A stretch of 64,000 bases of DNA from Sphyrna mokarran (GCA_024679065.1 JAGIQG010000005.1:85560001-85624000), one strand, 5' to 3'. Positions 28,061 through 41,100 are shown, numbered from the stretch's first letter. The notes: a model not told the origin generated them from the letters alone. Numbers and translations are program-made.

Positions 28061-28470
28061 ATCTTCCTACCCTCAATTACTTGCTACAGGCAACCGGAAA
28101 AGGAATAAAAACGGAAAATTCTGTTTAAATTCACCAGATCCGACAGCACCTGTACAGAGAGAAGCTGAGTTAATGTTCCTCTATAAGCGCCTTTACAGTG
28201 AAGCCTCCATGTCGATGCTGTTGCTGCTGTTTCTGGGCTGGGGAACAGCTAAACGGACGACAGCTTCCCGCGTGCGCGCTGACACATTTCCCAGACTCTT
28301 CCACTAACCCTTCGCGCGTGCGCCCGGGGTTCTCACGCCATTGGGCGAAAAGAGGGAGATCTGCCTGGTAACAGGGCTCTGATTGGATGAGCGTGGATGA
28401 AGAACCGGCTGCCCCGCTAAAAATTTTGGCGCGGATATCGAGAAGCGGCAAAATGCCGCGCGCTAATAGC
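28061..28470. promoter_or_regulatory. Promoter module copy B
   Basis: tctataagcg; two cgcgtgcgc (NRF1-like); TGGTAAC 28366-28372 (RFX half-site); ATTGG 28382-28386; E2F-like TTTGGCGCG 28425-28433. CpGs are retained. Confidence 0.7.
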
Positions 28471-29130
28471 CAAGGTAGGAAAAATGCAGAGCAGATTAAC
28501 AAGCACCTTCATGGCTACCTCATTCAATTGGTGTGCAACAATTTATCACAGGGCTGAATCTGTGAAGAATATTGGATGCGAGGCTCCTTCATCTGTTTAA
28601 AACAGTGATTATGTTCAACTCTTAGCAACCACGAGAATTGTTTCGAATGTATGTCTCCACGGTTGCCTAGCACGTTCTACAAGTGTAAGACAGTTTCAAA
28701 AAGTGACAAAAGGACTGCACAATTATAATATAAAACTTAAGGTGTCTCATTATCAAAACAAAATCTGAGTCACAACCACAAACGATACTAAGTCAGAGTA
28801 CCAGGACCTTGTATAAAAGATGTAAGTTTATCGAACTTTAAGCTAGAGAAATAAACAATCGAGGGGAAAACATGATAAATTATTAACACTTTTTAAAAAG
28901 TTCAGCTTAAATTTTCTTTCAATTAATCTTCGAGGATATTACAGATACAGAAATTAGCGTGATTCACGATAAAAGTCGTAAAGTGACCAAGACTGTGAAA
29001 TGAAGAACTGGAAAGAACTTCTTTTAGTCAGCAACATTCAAAAATACTCCTCCTACAGTGTACACACAAACATAAAATGCTGGAAACTCAGGTCTGACAG
29101 CAACTGTGGGGAGAATAGTGCCAAGACTCT

Positions 29131-30000
29131 GCCTACCCTCGATTACTTGCTACAGACTACACTAAACAAATAATAAACACGCAACGTGTTGGATAAATTC
29201 ACGCCTGGCAGCGCCTGTGCAGAAAGAAGCTGAGTTAATGTTTCAAGTCTATAAGCGTCTTTACTGTGAAGTCTCCGTGTTGACGCTGTTTCTGGGCTGG
29301 GGAACAGCTAAAGGGACAACAGCTTCCCGCGTGCGCGCTGACACCTGTTCCATTGCCCACTTTTCCACAGGTCCTTTGCGCGTGCGTCCGAGTTCCTCAC
29401 GCCATTAGGTGGAAAGAGGGAGCTCCGCCTGGCAACAGGGAGCGTGCGGAGCTCTGATTGGGTAAGTGGGGGACGGGGTAGAACAGACTGCGCTCGCAGA
29501 ACGGAAGTGGAGAGGATTCGAAACGGCGCGTTTTGTAGGGCCGCGGGAAAAAATGAGTATATTAATTCGGAGAGCGGGGCTTTCTGTCGAGGGGACTTCT
29601 GTCTAGTCTTTTACGTCAAGCCAATTAAACAAACTCAAATTACGTTCGGACAAAGTAAAAGGGGCGGCTCCCCAAAAGGAAGGGGGAGCAGCCCAAACAA
29701 AAAAATAAAAAGTACAAAGAAAACTTAAGACACGTTAAATCAAAATGTGATTGTCGGGGTCTATAACGCATCTCAGCACCGGCGGTGCCCAGCGGGCACA
29801 GAAGGCGTCCACTGTGCCTGCGTCGAGCAGGCGGGGTCAAATGCTGCGCGTGCCGATGAGTTGGGGAACATGGGAGGACGAAGCGGGGAGTAAAGTGCTG
29901 AGTGCATTAACTGAGGGCAGGGCGGGATGTGGAGCGCGGTTTTAGAAGGGCGGGGTGAGACGAGGTCGGTCTGGTCCTGTGTCTGTGTGCACAGGGCAGC
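29131..30000. promoter_or_regulatory. Promoter module copy C plus CpG island
   Basis: TGGCAAC 29430-29436, CTGATTGG 29454-29461, ETS CGGAAGTG near 29502, E2F-like cgcgggaaaa near 29542, and several GGGCGG GC boxes. CpG-rich in a CpG-poor background. Confidence 0.75.
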
Positions 30001-30080
30001 TTCTGCTATAATGGGGAGCCTCTGTCCTTAGTGGGGAGGGAATAAAACTGGGAAGTCCGGATTAGCAGCAGAGAGCATCG
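29950..30080 (+). other. Putative alternative non-coding first exon (distal) of tdrd15; start approximate
   Basis: Ends gagagcatcg|GTAAGAAG (GT at 30081-30082). Paralogous to the donor at 36840 and directly downstream of CpG island C. Confidence 0.5.
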
Positions 30081-31689
30081 GTAAGAAGTAAAAGTTCAAA
30101 AATTAGTGTTGGATTGGAAAGAGTAAATATACTTCCATTATCTGCGTGGCGCACGCTGCAGAGATTTACAGTGGTAGCCAATCCCCAAATAATCCAATTC
30201 ACAAAATGTTTTACTCTATAAAAAAAAACTTATGTTGCCTTAATATTAAATTTAAATCTTCCCGTATTTCTGTTCCTATCCAGGCACTATTTAACCAACT
30301 GATAAACACCTAAATGGGTGTATTTAATACTCTTGTGCAATTATAAATATGAAAAAAACATCTCCATGGTTTATTGTATGTATGTCATCTAACAAATATA
30401 GTAATGGAATTATTCTTAGTTAACAATAAATTAAATCATGGTTTTGGCAACTTCAATATTCTATTTTATTTGGAGGCTCCATTTTTGAACAGATAGAATA
30501 TATTGTAAAAACAGAAAATGCAGTCAAAATTCTGCATGTTTGGCAACATTTGTGGAGAATGAAATTGGCTTAAGTCTGTAAGATTCTTTGCGGCATTTTC
30601 TGTTTTTATTTCCAATTCCCAGCATCCTCAGTATTTTGCTTTTATGTTTCATTGTATCCTGATTGCTTTTATGCAATAAAACTGTTTTTACACGTTCACA
30701 AGTAATTCTGCAAATTTCTACAATATTCAATGAGGATACAGTGATATATATGCGCAAGGTGGCTAAAAGGATACACCATTTAGAACCTGGTATTTATCAG
30801 GGTGGGTGGGGATAGCAGAGAGATCTGCTCAAAATATTGTAAAATTGTGGGTGGACCATTTAGGTAATGTGTCTTGAAAGCCACAGATTGTCATAGTGTG
30901 TACCTTTGCACTTTTTGGCTTGAAGTACTGATTAATCAGTGAGGGAATTTGGGTGGAGTTGAATATTTGAAAATCTGAAGGAAAAACTAAGTAAACTATT
31001 ATAATACTTTCTAGCTAGCTTACTGGAGTTCAGGTGCAATCACTTGCCAATCAGATTTCACAGCTCAGGGGTACCTTTAATTATGGTAGAAGAGTAAAAT
31101 TAAACACCCAGCCTGTAGAGGAAAGAGGCTGATGCTGTCCTCCAAACTTTCAGAGCAACTCTTAAAAGGAAGCAGATGGTTTCTTAAAGGAATCACCATT
31201 ACTGTGTACTGTCCAGCACCATGAGATTACTCTCCTATTCAACCTTTGTGTGATTATAAATGAAAGAGTGATATGCATAGATAGGCCATCTTATTGATGA
31301 GGTGTCATTCTATGTAGAATCATAGAAGTCTACGGTACAAGGGAAGCCATTCAGCCCATCAAGTCTGCACTGACTCTCAAAGAACATGTGCGTTGGACTA
31401 GATCATGTCAGTAAGTGACGGGGAAAGATCTGGCAAGGAAGGATGTGTATTCAAATTTATTGAAATGGATGCAAATCAAGTTCTCGCCTATCATGGACAT
31501 GAAGCTGATCCCATCATCGTTAAGGGGCAATGCAAATTGGAGATTGATTTCGTCAATGAGTTTTGCAATTTCCGTGTTCCACTGGATCTGAAGCCCCCGC
31601 CGGCAATCTTGTGAACCCAGCATTTGTATCGTTTCCTGTTGTTAGGAATGTCTTTGAAGAGTTGTGTAAAAAGAATCACGAAGGAGGCC

Positions 31690-33955
31690 TCATAACTTAA
31701 ACACTGGGAACTCTCGATTGCATGTGTCCACTGTCCACAGAAAAATCTTAAACTGTTTAACTAGGTTCCACACTGGAAGGAGCTAATCCCCCAGTGGTCA
31801 CCTGACTTGCACACTTAAAGTAGCTGTGCATACCCCAAATTTGTGTACACATATTACCCCTTCCCCTTTATTCCAAAACTCCCAGTGAAATATATATATA
31901 TATACAAAGAGCATTTCAAACTACAGTCCCCAACGTAAAGTTTATTCAGGCAGTTCACACAGACATGATGAGTCCATCAGCAGGATGTAGGTTTTGTGTA
32001 AGTTGCTTACACCTTTCAGGAACCTGTTCTGAGTATTTTCCAGGGATTTTGGAAGATCCTGCAGCTCAGCATGGGTGTCCATCAAATGGGCTTCAGGTGG
32101 CTCTGCCCCTGGTGCTGTTTCCTACTTAAGGGTGGCTGACCCTGACTCTGGAACTCTAGGTGTGGGGCACACCAAATGGATCATCCTGGATGGTTCTGTT
32201 TTTGTAGGGCATCCCACTTTGATGCGGTTCTGTGATCAACAGCATGTCTCCTCCAATGCAGCTTTCTCTGCTCTCTACTGTGCAGGACAAGTCTCCTGTT
32301 TGAGCCAGTGTCCAGTTCTCCCCAGAAATATATAATTCCTGGCCAGAACAAACTCCCCTTTCTGGAAAATCCTCAAATTTCACACTTCCTGCATTTCTGT
32401 CCAATTTGATTCCTCTCAAGCACATCTTAGATCTCCTCCAGCCGCAGCAGGTCAAACATAGCTCTCAATTTCTAGTTGAACATCAAGAAATCTGGCGAGC
32501 ATTGGGTTGTTGCATTTAGCATTTTGTGGTACATACTCAGCAATTTATTTACTTATCTGCTGTCTTAGTGACCTATTTCCTTGAGAGACCTTCAGAGATT
32601 GTTTCAAGAACTGTACAAATTGTTCCACTGGATCGTTTGTCAACGGGTGATAAGTTGTGACCTCACGTCTGATTCTGTAGTGTTCTATATACTCAGTGAA
32701 ATCCTGTGCCACAAACTGGGCTCCATCGTCAATTACTTGTTCTGGATTGCCAAATTGGGCAAATATGTCATCGAATTTGTCTGGAGTCACTTGATTTCGT
32801 AGCCACTATCTCTGGCTACTTAAGTGGCCATCTATTACTTTTAAGTATAAGTTTATTTATTAGCATTACAAATAGTCATACATTAACGCTGCAATGCAGT
32901 TACTGTGAAAATCATCGAGTTACCACACTTCAGCATCTCTTCGGGTACACTGAATTTTAGCATGGCCAATGCACTTAACTGACAAGTCTTTCAGATTATG
33001 GGAGGAAACCAGGGCGCCCAACAGAAACCCACACAGACACAGGAAGAATGTGCAAACTCCACATTGACAGTGACCCAAGCAACAGGGCTAACCACTGTGC
33101 CATCGTATTGCCCTACCACTGTTCCAAAGAAAACATAAATTCTCCGCCACGGCAACTGGGGCCACTCCCATGGATGAAGAGACGACATCTTCCATTCCAA
33201 GGTGCAGTAGTCTCACAATTCCACTTTCTTTTCAATTTGGGCATTAACATTCAGTCACCAAAAACAGCTTCTTGCTATTTCTTTGGCATCGTTCGAACAT
33301 CTATCCACTTAATGAGCTGGAAAATGATAGTTCTCAGACCCCATACTAAAACATCCACCCAACACAGCCAACTTCAATCTCTGAATTGTATACAGCATAA
33401 CTCCAGGTGGTTCTTACTATTCATCCACTCTCTCAGGCCTCATTATCAGGCTCAATATCAGGCTGTTCCAAGTGGCATTCCGCATCTGGTTAGAGGTTAC
33501 TAGAACTTTATCTTTTTGCGTAAAATATATTATCTTCAAATTCCAGCCAAAAGCATCTTTATCCCCAAAGGCAGACTTTACAGAGCATCCACATTGCCAC
33601 ATTCCATGGACTAATAGTCTCAGATTTGATGCGAGTAAACTGATAAGGGGCCCTTGCAATTGACAGTATTCCCATGTACAGCCCTAAGATGGGTGTCAAA
33701 GGCTTATGGTCTTCCAAAAGTGCAAAATTTCTTGACACCAAAGATGATACCTAAGCCTTCTTTTTCCACTTAAGCATACTTTTCTTCAGTCTTTGTCAAC
33801 GATTGTGATGTGAATGCTATGGGTCCTTCCTCTCTTTTCGGCATAATGTGGAACAAGACAGCCCAACCCCATAGGTGCAAGCTGCAGTGGTAACTTGGAT
33901 TGAAATGAACTAGTACTTTCAATTTTTTCAACGCCTGCTCCTCACTCTTCCACAG
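31690..33955 (-). mobile_element. Gypsy/Ty3 LTR retrotransposon 3' half (RNase H, integrase, PPT, probable 3' LTR remnant), decayed
   Basis: GPIAFTSQSLTKTEEKYA*VEKEGLGIIFG and LEDHKPLTPILG (RNase H); HPWEWPQLPWRRIYV; FAQFGNPEQVIDDGAQFVAQDF..YHPLTND..EQFVQFLK (integrase core). A polypurine tract lies on - at ~31856-31870. Confidence 0.88.
32830..33118 (-). mobile_element. tRNA-derived SINE nested in the Gypsy integrase
   Basis: gggaggaaaccagggcgcccaacagaaacccacacagacacaggaagaatgtgcaaactccaca...gctaaccactgtgcc is the reverse SINE core and head. It interrupts the integrase frame. Confidence 0.8.
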
Positions 33956-34150
33956 CTACCGTTTACCTATGTGCTCCTTGAATGTTTGCTGTTGCCTATT
34001 CACCGTCATCACTTTAAGTAACACTTTCCAATCTATCACTGACAACTCATGCCTTATATCATTGTAGTTTCCTTTATTATGATTCGGGATCCCAGACTCA
34101 GAATTAACGTCACTCTCCATCTTGATGAAAAATTCTAACATGTTAAAGTC
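33956..34150 (-). mobile_element. CR1 LINE ORF2 fragment (post-endonuclease)
   Basis: SDFNMLEFFIKME..NKGNYNDIRHELSVIDW matches the CR1 SDHN.IEF...KGNY..MR.EL..+DW pattern. Confidence 0.7.
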
Positions 34151-35149
34151 ACTTATCCTCAAGAGACTTCCAGGAACTGCAAATGGAGACACTTCCTGCA
34201 CACACGCTTACACTGGGCATTGGATATGTTCCCAGCCTCCCACAGAGAGCACAAAGCATACTGAAGGGATTCAAGAAGGCAGCTCACTACCACTTTAAGG
34301 GCAACTAGGTTTAGCAATAAATGCTGATCTGACAGCAATGCCTCTGTCCCATGAATGAATAAAAGAGATCAAATGCAATTCTCCAGGGCCTTTCTTTTCT
34401 TTTCCTCATTACTACCAAATATAACCTTTAAAAACAATAAACCACAAAAAGGCCTCTGAATCTTTAAGTCATAAAAATAGTAAATGCTTACCCGACCTTA
34501 CCAATTACTTAGAATCAGTCCTTTCTCTTGTGTGCTGTATACTGCAGCAGGCAAGACCAATTTCTGAAGAGTTAAAAGTTAGAAAGTGAACAGAAAAAAC
34601 AAAAAGCACCTCTTTCCCCTCTGCATTGAATTCCCACTCAGCTCCCAATCCCCGACAGCTCCACGCTCACCCTGGCTACGTCTTCGGACAATTCTCTCTT
34701 GCAGTTTGTGCACAAAGCTCACTAGATGTGGTATTCTCGAACAGATCACAGTAAAGGTATTGGTGAAGTTGAGACTCCAAGGTCATCATATATCTTTGAG
34801 ATTGAAACTGGTGAGTGAATCAGAACAAGTTCACATTTGACCTACAAGAGAGATAGAAAACAGAAAAGTTAATTAACACCAGCAACACATCAGCAACATC
34901 AGACAGAACATCATACACTGTGCCAGATCTTCAAAGTGAATGATGCCAAATTCCTGAGATGGAGGCACAAATATTAATTTTGAGAAAAGAAAAGCTATCA
35001 ATACTTTGTTCATTTCCTTTATATTGAAAAAAGTTAATCTTCGCAAATGGTACACTGAAGAAAAAAGACATTTTTTAAAACAGAAATTTTTATTGTTTCA
35101 GTATGATTTAATGTTTCCCTTGCATGTATGAGCATGTGTATCCAACATG

Positions 35150-35460
35150 CATGGTACCACAATGGTTAGCACTGCTGCTTCACAGTTCTAGGACACAGGT
35201 TCAATTCTAGCCTTGAACCTGCATGGACTGTGTGAAGTTTGCACATTCTCCTCATATCTGTGGGTTTCCTCCAGATAGTCCAGTTTTCTCCCACAGTCCA
35301 AAGATGTGCAGGTTAGGCTCATTGGTCATGCAAATTTGTCCCTTAGTATCAGGGGGACTACAAGGGTAAATTCATGGGGTTACAGTGATAAGGTGGGATT
35401 GTTGTCAGTGCAGGTTTGATGAGCCAAATGTCTTCCTTCTGCACTGTAAAGATTCTGTTC
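35150..35460 (+). mobile_element. tRNA-derived SINE (HE1/V-SINE-like)
   Basis: A/B-box head aatggttagcactgctgcttcacag..ggttcaattc; core gtttgcacattctc..gggtttcctcc..cccacagtccaaagatgtgcaggttagg; CR1-like tail ctgcactgtaaagattct. Confidence 0.85.
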
Positions 35461-36060
35461 TGTGATGCACCTTTTAGGTTTCAGTCAGTTGAAATACAGC
35501 ACTTGATATGCTAGATGAGAAGCGCCAGTATCTGTCTAAAATTGTCACTATGTTGAACTTTAAGAGACCAGAACACTGCATTTGCCTGAGGAAGACACAG
35601 GAGTCGAAAGCTCGCGTTTTTACTATCAAATAAATCGGTTGGATTATAAATTGGTGTTGCTAAATTCTTACTGAGAACTTTAAGATACCAGAAGACATAT
35701 AATATGGAATGCCTGACTCCAGAATAGCCAACAGAGTGCTGCACTTAAGACCCTCATAGTTTCAAAAATGATGAAGTGGCACCACAATATTTATGTATAT
35801 ATAAAATACCCTTAAGGTGCCTCATTAGTAACACAAAACTTGCATTAAATCCATCTGGCTTGCATTAAATCAGTATCTATCTGGCTAAGATATTAAGCCA
35901 GAGGACCAGAAGCTTGAACGAAAGAGACAGCTGTTGAGTTTAAGCTGGAAAAATGAACTACAATCGAGGAGAAAAAAATTCTAACAAATTTGTTTAATTT
36001 TAACAGCTAATATTTAATTTTCTTACCAAAAAAACTTGATATTTGAGGAGTTTGAAAACT

Positions 36061-36950
36061 CTTCTTACTCTCGTTTACTTGCTATGGACGACAGTGAATA
36101 AGGAATAAAAACGGAGAATGTTGGACAAATTCATGTCTGGCAGCGCCTGTGCAGAGAGAAGCTGAGTTAAACTTTCGAGTCTATAAGCGCCTTTACTGTG
36201 AAGTCTCCATGTTGATGTGGATGCCGTTGCTGGGCTGGGGAACAGCTAAACGGACGACGACACTTTCCCGCGTGCGCGCTAACACCTGTCCCATTTCCCA
36301 GACTCTGCCACTAACCTTTCGCGCGTGCGCCCGAGCTCCTCACGCCATTGGATGGAAAGAGGGAGATCCACCTGGCAACAGAAGCGTGCGGTGAGCTGAT
36401 TGGATGGGTGAACGTGGGGGGGGGAGAATGCGCAGGCTGCGCGCGGTGAACTGTTGGCATAGGCGTCGAAGGCTGTACAAGTAGACTGGAGGAGGGCGGG
36501 GCTAGATCTTGTCGACCGTGTGGGCGGGGCTACCTGACGATTGCGGGGGGCGGGGGTGGAGTCAGAGGCTGCGCGCGCGCCGAAAGGACAGGGCGGGGTC
36601 AATATATTAGCAGTGAGGGCGGGGCAGGATTGGAGGTGGGGTCAGGCTGCGCGCGCCGGAAGGACAGGCTGGGGTCAGGATATTAGCTGGGGAACGGTTT
36701 GTGTGTATGGTGGTGGCTGATAGTGTAGTATTAGTTTGTGGTGGGTAGCCTCTGTTAGCAGTGGGGAAGGGAGAAAAACTGCAGATTCCGGAGGCTTCAC
36801 CACACAGAACAGTTTTAGCCCGTGGGGCGGAGAGCACCGGTAAGAAGTTGGAATGGAAAGAGTTCACTTGGGGACGTAAATATCCCGGCCCCATCTCTCC
36901 ATGGGCGTATCCTGCCCGTCCCCGTCCCCCCCCCCCCCCCCCCCCCCCCG
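36061..36950. promoter_or_regulatory. Promoter module copy D plus CpG island: likely proximal tdrd15 promoter
   Basis: TGGCAAC 36373-36379, CTGATTGG 36396-36403, multiple GGGCGGGG boxes, GCGCGC runs and MYB-like AACGGTT near 36693. It sits immediately upstream of the donor at 36840. Confidence 0.8.
36650..36839 (+). other. tdrd15: Putative non-coding exon 1 of tdrd15 (start approximate); intron 36840-42106
   Basis: Donor agagcaccg|GTAAGA. Acceptor tcttttctttacAG at 42105-42106 lies 5 nt before the ATG at 42112. Confidence 0.6.
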
Positions 36951-38305
36951 CACAATTATTTTGTTCACCTCTTTAAACTGGTCTAAATTCTTGAGTTAAC
37001 TTTGTTACTTAAGTGATGGAAAGAGATAAAATCTATGAAGTTACCCGCATTCAGAATTCTAATGTACAACTGGGTGTTGGGTACATTTGATATTGCGAGT
37101 TATACGTTTTTATTTAGCTACATTGGCCTGTCGCTTTCTCATAGGGCACGTCGTTTTTGGCATTAAGTAAAAGCTAAAATAATTCAATTCACCAAATATT
37201 TTCCTTCACTTAAGAAAAACCTTCCGTTGTTTTAATTTGAACCTAAGTCTTATTGCCCTTGGCTGCCAAGCTGCTGTTTAACCAACTGATACATCCATGG
37301 GTGGAGGGAGATCAAAATGTAGCATTATTTTAATAAGTTAATTAAATCATGGCATGTTTTGGCAATTTTATTATCAATGAATCATTTTACTTGCAACTTT
37401 TATTTGTTCAACAAATAAACTTTTATTGATAAAACAGAAAATGCTGGAAAAAGTCAGTATATCTGGTAATATCATTGGAGTCAGAAATTCTTAATTTGAG
37501 TCTGACTCTTCAGAGCATTTTCTAAATGAAATTTTGTTTCCAATTTCCAATAGCTTCAATGCTTTGTTTTTAAATTTCATTGTATATTCTAATTTTCTTA
37601 TACATTAAATTCTGTATATTTTCACAATGCTCAATCAAGATATGGTGAAGTCTATTTGAAATATTTTAAAATCTGACAAACTAAGTAAACTATTACAGTA
37701 CACTTGCTGGAGTTCAGATATGACCACTCCCAATCAGAGGTTTGTGCACAATGCTGGGGTATCTTAAAGATAGAATAATAAAATCAAACATCTTGCAGAG
37801 AAAATTCATCTTGGTTTCTCTCATATACTTTTATCTATTGCATTTTTGAAGTAAATTCTTAGGATGTGGGCATTATCAAGTGCGGTGTTTATTGCCTACC
37901 CCTTGTTGACATTGAGCAGCCTTCGTGGATAGCTGTAGTCTGTCATGAAGGTGATTCTCAATGCTGTTAAGTAGCACAGTCTAGAAATTTGATCCAGCAA
38001 TAGGATCAATAATATTTGTAAGTTGGCGCAGTGTAAGACTTTGTGAGCTTGTAGAAATGTAGTTGATGGGGTTCCCACGTACCTGCTTCCCTTGTGTGGA
38101 CAAAGGATGTCATGAGTTTGGTTGTCCTGTCAAAGTTGTCTTGGTGAGTTACTGTTGTAACATCTTTTGGATAATAATAGAGCAGATATAGTGTTGATGG
38201 TGAGGGCAGTTGATGAGCTGTTGAGCATACAAGCTGATTTGCTCTGAATGGCGTTGAATTTATTGTGTTGTGCAGCCGCATCCATGCAAGTAGAAATTAT
38301 TCTAT

Positions 38306-39567
38306 CGTGTTTGCTACAGCTAGTCCCCGGATGAGTTCCCCAAGTTTGTTAATTTTCCAAATGAGACCCTGATTTTGTTACGCTCCCACATGAGGATGAA
38401 TGCTCCCCTTTATTCAACCTATTCGTTTTCTCAGTTGATCACAAGTTAATTTGAAAAAGATCCCTTTCTGTGTGTTTCTATTTCTGAAAATGCTGGCATT
38501 GGATTGGGATAAACACAGTAAGAAATCTCAACATCAGGCTAAAGTCCAAAAGGTTTATTTGATAGTACAAGCCACTAGCAATTTTGAATTCCAACATTAC
38601 TTTGTAAATTGAGTTTGTGTCTTTAAATGTCCTGTTATGAACAGAACTCCCACTCAGCTGTTGAAGCAGCAGTGTTCCAAAAGCTAGTGGCTTGTGCTAC
38701 CAAACAAACATTTTCCCAAACAGATTGTATTTGCTTTTAAGAAGGAGTCAATTTAACCAGATTTTCCTGAATCAAAGAAAACTAAGTTTGTTAATCACTA
38801 AATTCCTAAGGCAAGAAAAAAATAATTCAGCATACACACTCTGACCAGAAGTGAGCAGATAAGAGTCTAGGTAAAAGGAAAAAAATACAAATCTTTCTTC
38901 TGTGAGCATAAATGATGGTACATTGTGATTATGTTGGATCATTCCAGTAGGGCTGACTTTTGCAATTTAGAACTTAGTTTGGAGTCACTGGGCTCTGCAG
39001 GGTGGCTGAAAAAAATTTGGTTTTCTTTAAATGATGGCTTCTGCTAAGCTTTCCTCCAGCAAGAGGAACACCCTCTTGTCTTTTTGCAAGGATGACTCTG
39101 TTGTTTCTGTATCACTCACAATGACAAACTAGTCCATGCATCCAGTCAGCAACTAGCTTTTTAATCCATTTTCCTGTGTATTCCTAGAAAGGGGTTTAAA
39201 AAAAAAAGCCTTTCAACCCCAGAGTCCATTTTCTTTCAGCTGAATAGGAGATGGGTTTTGGATGTCTGCTAAGATGTGGCAATCAATCTCCATTGTGCAA
39301 CCATGGGATATTTAAGGTTGCTTTTCATTTGTTTCTCTCAAGTGTCTCTATCTGAGATAGGCCTTGACACCTTCGATGCAACATTCAATGTTCCCTTGGG
39401 ATTAGCTGATCAAACATAATCCGCATAAAAAAATTTCCAGAAAGTGGTTACATTACGTTGTCAGCCATCTTATGCTCATTGTCTTGTATTTCTTTTAAAA
39501 ACACATTTTCCTTGAAACGTTTGATATACCAAGAAGTAATTTGGAGCTGTAATCTACAATGGTGACA
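38306..39567. mobile_element. ~1.2-kb insertion, possibly a solo LTR, splitting an older LINE fragment and carrying a Penelope-like short repeat at ~38495-38710
   Basis: The flanks ..attattctatc and acactcct.. rejoin to the motif gagtattctatcaca seen intact near 52700. TG..CA-type ends; no ORF. Confidence 0.4.
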
Positions 39568-39849
39568 CACTCCTTGTGCCGCAAGACTTTGTTTGACATG
39601 CTCTTATAACTGTATCATTTATGCGACTGGTTTGATTAACGGGAGCTCCCAGGAATATTATGTTATGGGAATTGGATGATAATACCATTGAATGTCAAAG
39701 TCAGGCTTTTCAGGTGAAGATAGCTATTGTTTGGCAATTAAGTGTTAGTTACTATTTGTACATACCACACATGATGAAAAAGTCTTTAATATTTGACTGA
39801 CTGTGGCATTAAGTAACTTGAGCAAAATGAAATAGGGGGTGTGGGGAAT

Positions 39850-41100
39850 GGGGAACAGACAGGACTCCACTGGCTGGAGTCATACTGATACAAAAGATTA
39901 TTGTGGTGGTTGGAGATAAATAATCTCTGTTCCCAATCGTGACTGTAGTTTCCCAATCATGAAACTACATGTTTCTCATGTAGTTCCTAGGTTCAGTCAT
40001 CTCCAATTGCTTTGTCAATGACCTTTCTTCCATCGTAAGGTCAGAATGGCATTGTTTGTGTGATGATTGCACATTATTCAATACCACTTGTGACTCCTCA
40101 GATAATGGAGCAGCCCATGTTCAAATATAACCTGGACATTCAGCCTTGGGTTGGAGAGTAGCAAGGAGCATCAGCTTCAGTTCTTACCTCAGATGAATCT
40201 GTGTAGAATTTATTTTTTCTCCCTGTGTCCATGTGGGTTTCCTCCAGGTGTTTCAGTTTCTCCTGACAGTCCAAAGATTTGCGGGTAGATTGATTTGGCT
40301 GTGTCCCTTAACGTCAGGAGGTCTTGTATGTAAATACATGCGGTTACAGGGATGGGGCCTGGATGAAATTGTTGTCAGTGCAGGCTCGATAGACTGAATG
40401 GCCTCCCTCCACACTAGGGATTCTATGACCACGCAAGTGCTCAGCAATCACCAACTCCCGACAAGAGAACATCTGACCATTGCCCCATGATATTGTGGCG
40501 TTACAATAGCTGAGTCCCTCACTGTCAACACTGTGGGTGGGTTATCATTGACAACTAACTGAACTGGATCAGCCATATAAGTGCTGTGGTTGCAACAGCA
40601 GATTGGAGTTAGGAATCCTATAGCGAGTAACTTTCCTGAAGCCACAAAACCCTGTGCACCATCTAAAGCGTAGAAGTAGCCTGAATAAATACTGTTTCCA
40701 AGAACACAAGAAGCTAAACATCCAGAACCAAACAGCATATTATAGTATACTGCATATACTATAGCAGCAGTATATGCCAGATACAAAATGTGCTGCTGGA
40801 ACTCATAAAAATTCCTTCGATTAAACAGTACCTTCCCAACTCACCACTGCTACCATTTTAGAAGGACAAGGGCAGCAGATTTATAGGAACATTACCATCT
40901 GAAAGTTCCCTACCCAGCCACACATCATTCTGACCTGGAAATATATTGTTATTCTTTGGGTCAAAATTGTGGAACTCCCTTCCTAATAGCAGGATGGATG
41001 TACCTACATCAATGGGACTACAGCGGTTCAAGAAGAGAGCTCACCACCACTTTCTCAAGAGCAATGAGGAATGCAGTATAAATGCTGATCAGCCAGGAAC
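39850..41100 (+). mobile_element. Decayed CR1/L2-group LINE 3' fragment with nested SINE (~40160-40425)
   Basis: RT-like tcctaggttcagtcatctccaattgctttgtcaatgacctt..tgatgattgcac. 3' tail gcggttcaagaagagagctcaccaccactttctcaagagcaatgagg..taaatgctg. Confidence 0.65.

Larger units (their letters stand above)
21240..38130. repeat. Tandem segmental duplication of the tdrd15 promoter / first-exon / intron-start region (3-5 diverged copies of each sub-block)
   Basis: Paralogous blocks: 21330-21520 ~ 24110-24265 ~ 26660-26830; 23760-24100 ~ 26310-26650 ~ 31290-31620; 24380-24680 ~ 27060-27390 ~ 34750-34970; 27600-28060 ~ 35465-36060; 25440-25870 ~ 30930-31120 ~ 37660-38130; 29990-30740 ~ 36740-37650. 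Confidence 0.88.

Noticed and set aside
35150-35215. tRNA-like A/B boxes (also near 54670)
   Set aside because: These are SINE heads followed by SINE core and tail; no complete cloverleaf.
28170-36976. ORFs over the promoter modules (28170-28502, 29217-29408, 36149-36394, 36279-36602)
   Set aside because: They arise from GC-rich, stop-poor sequence. Frames and lengths are not conserved between paralogous copies and they resemble no known protein.
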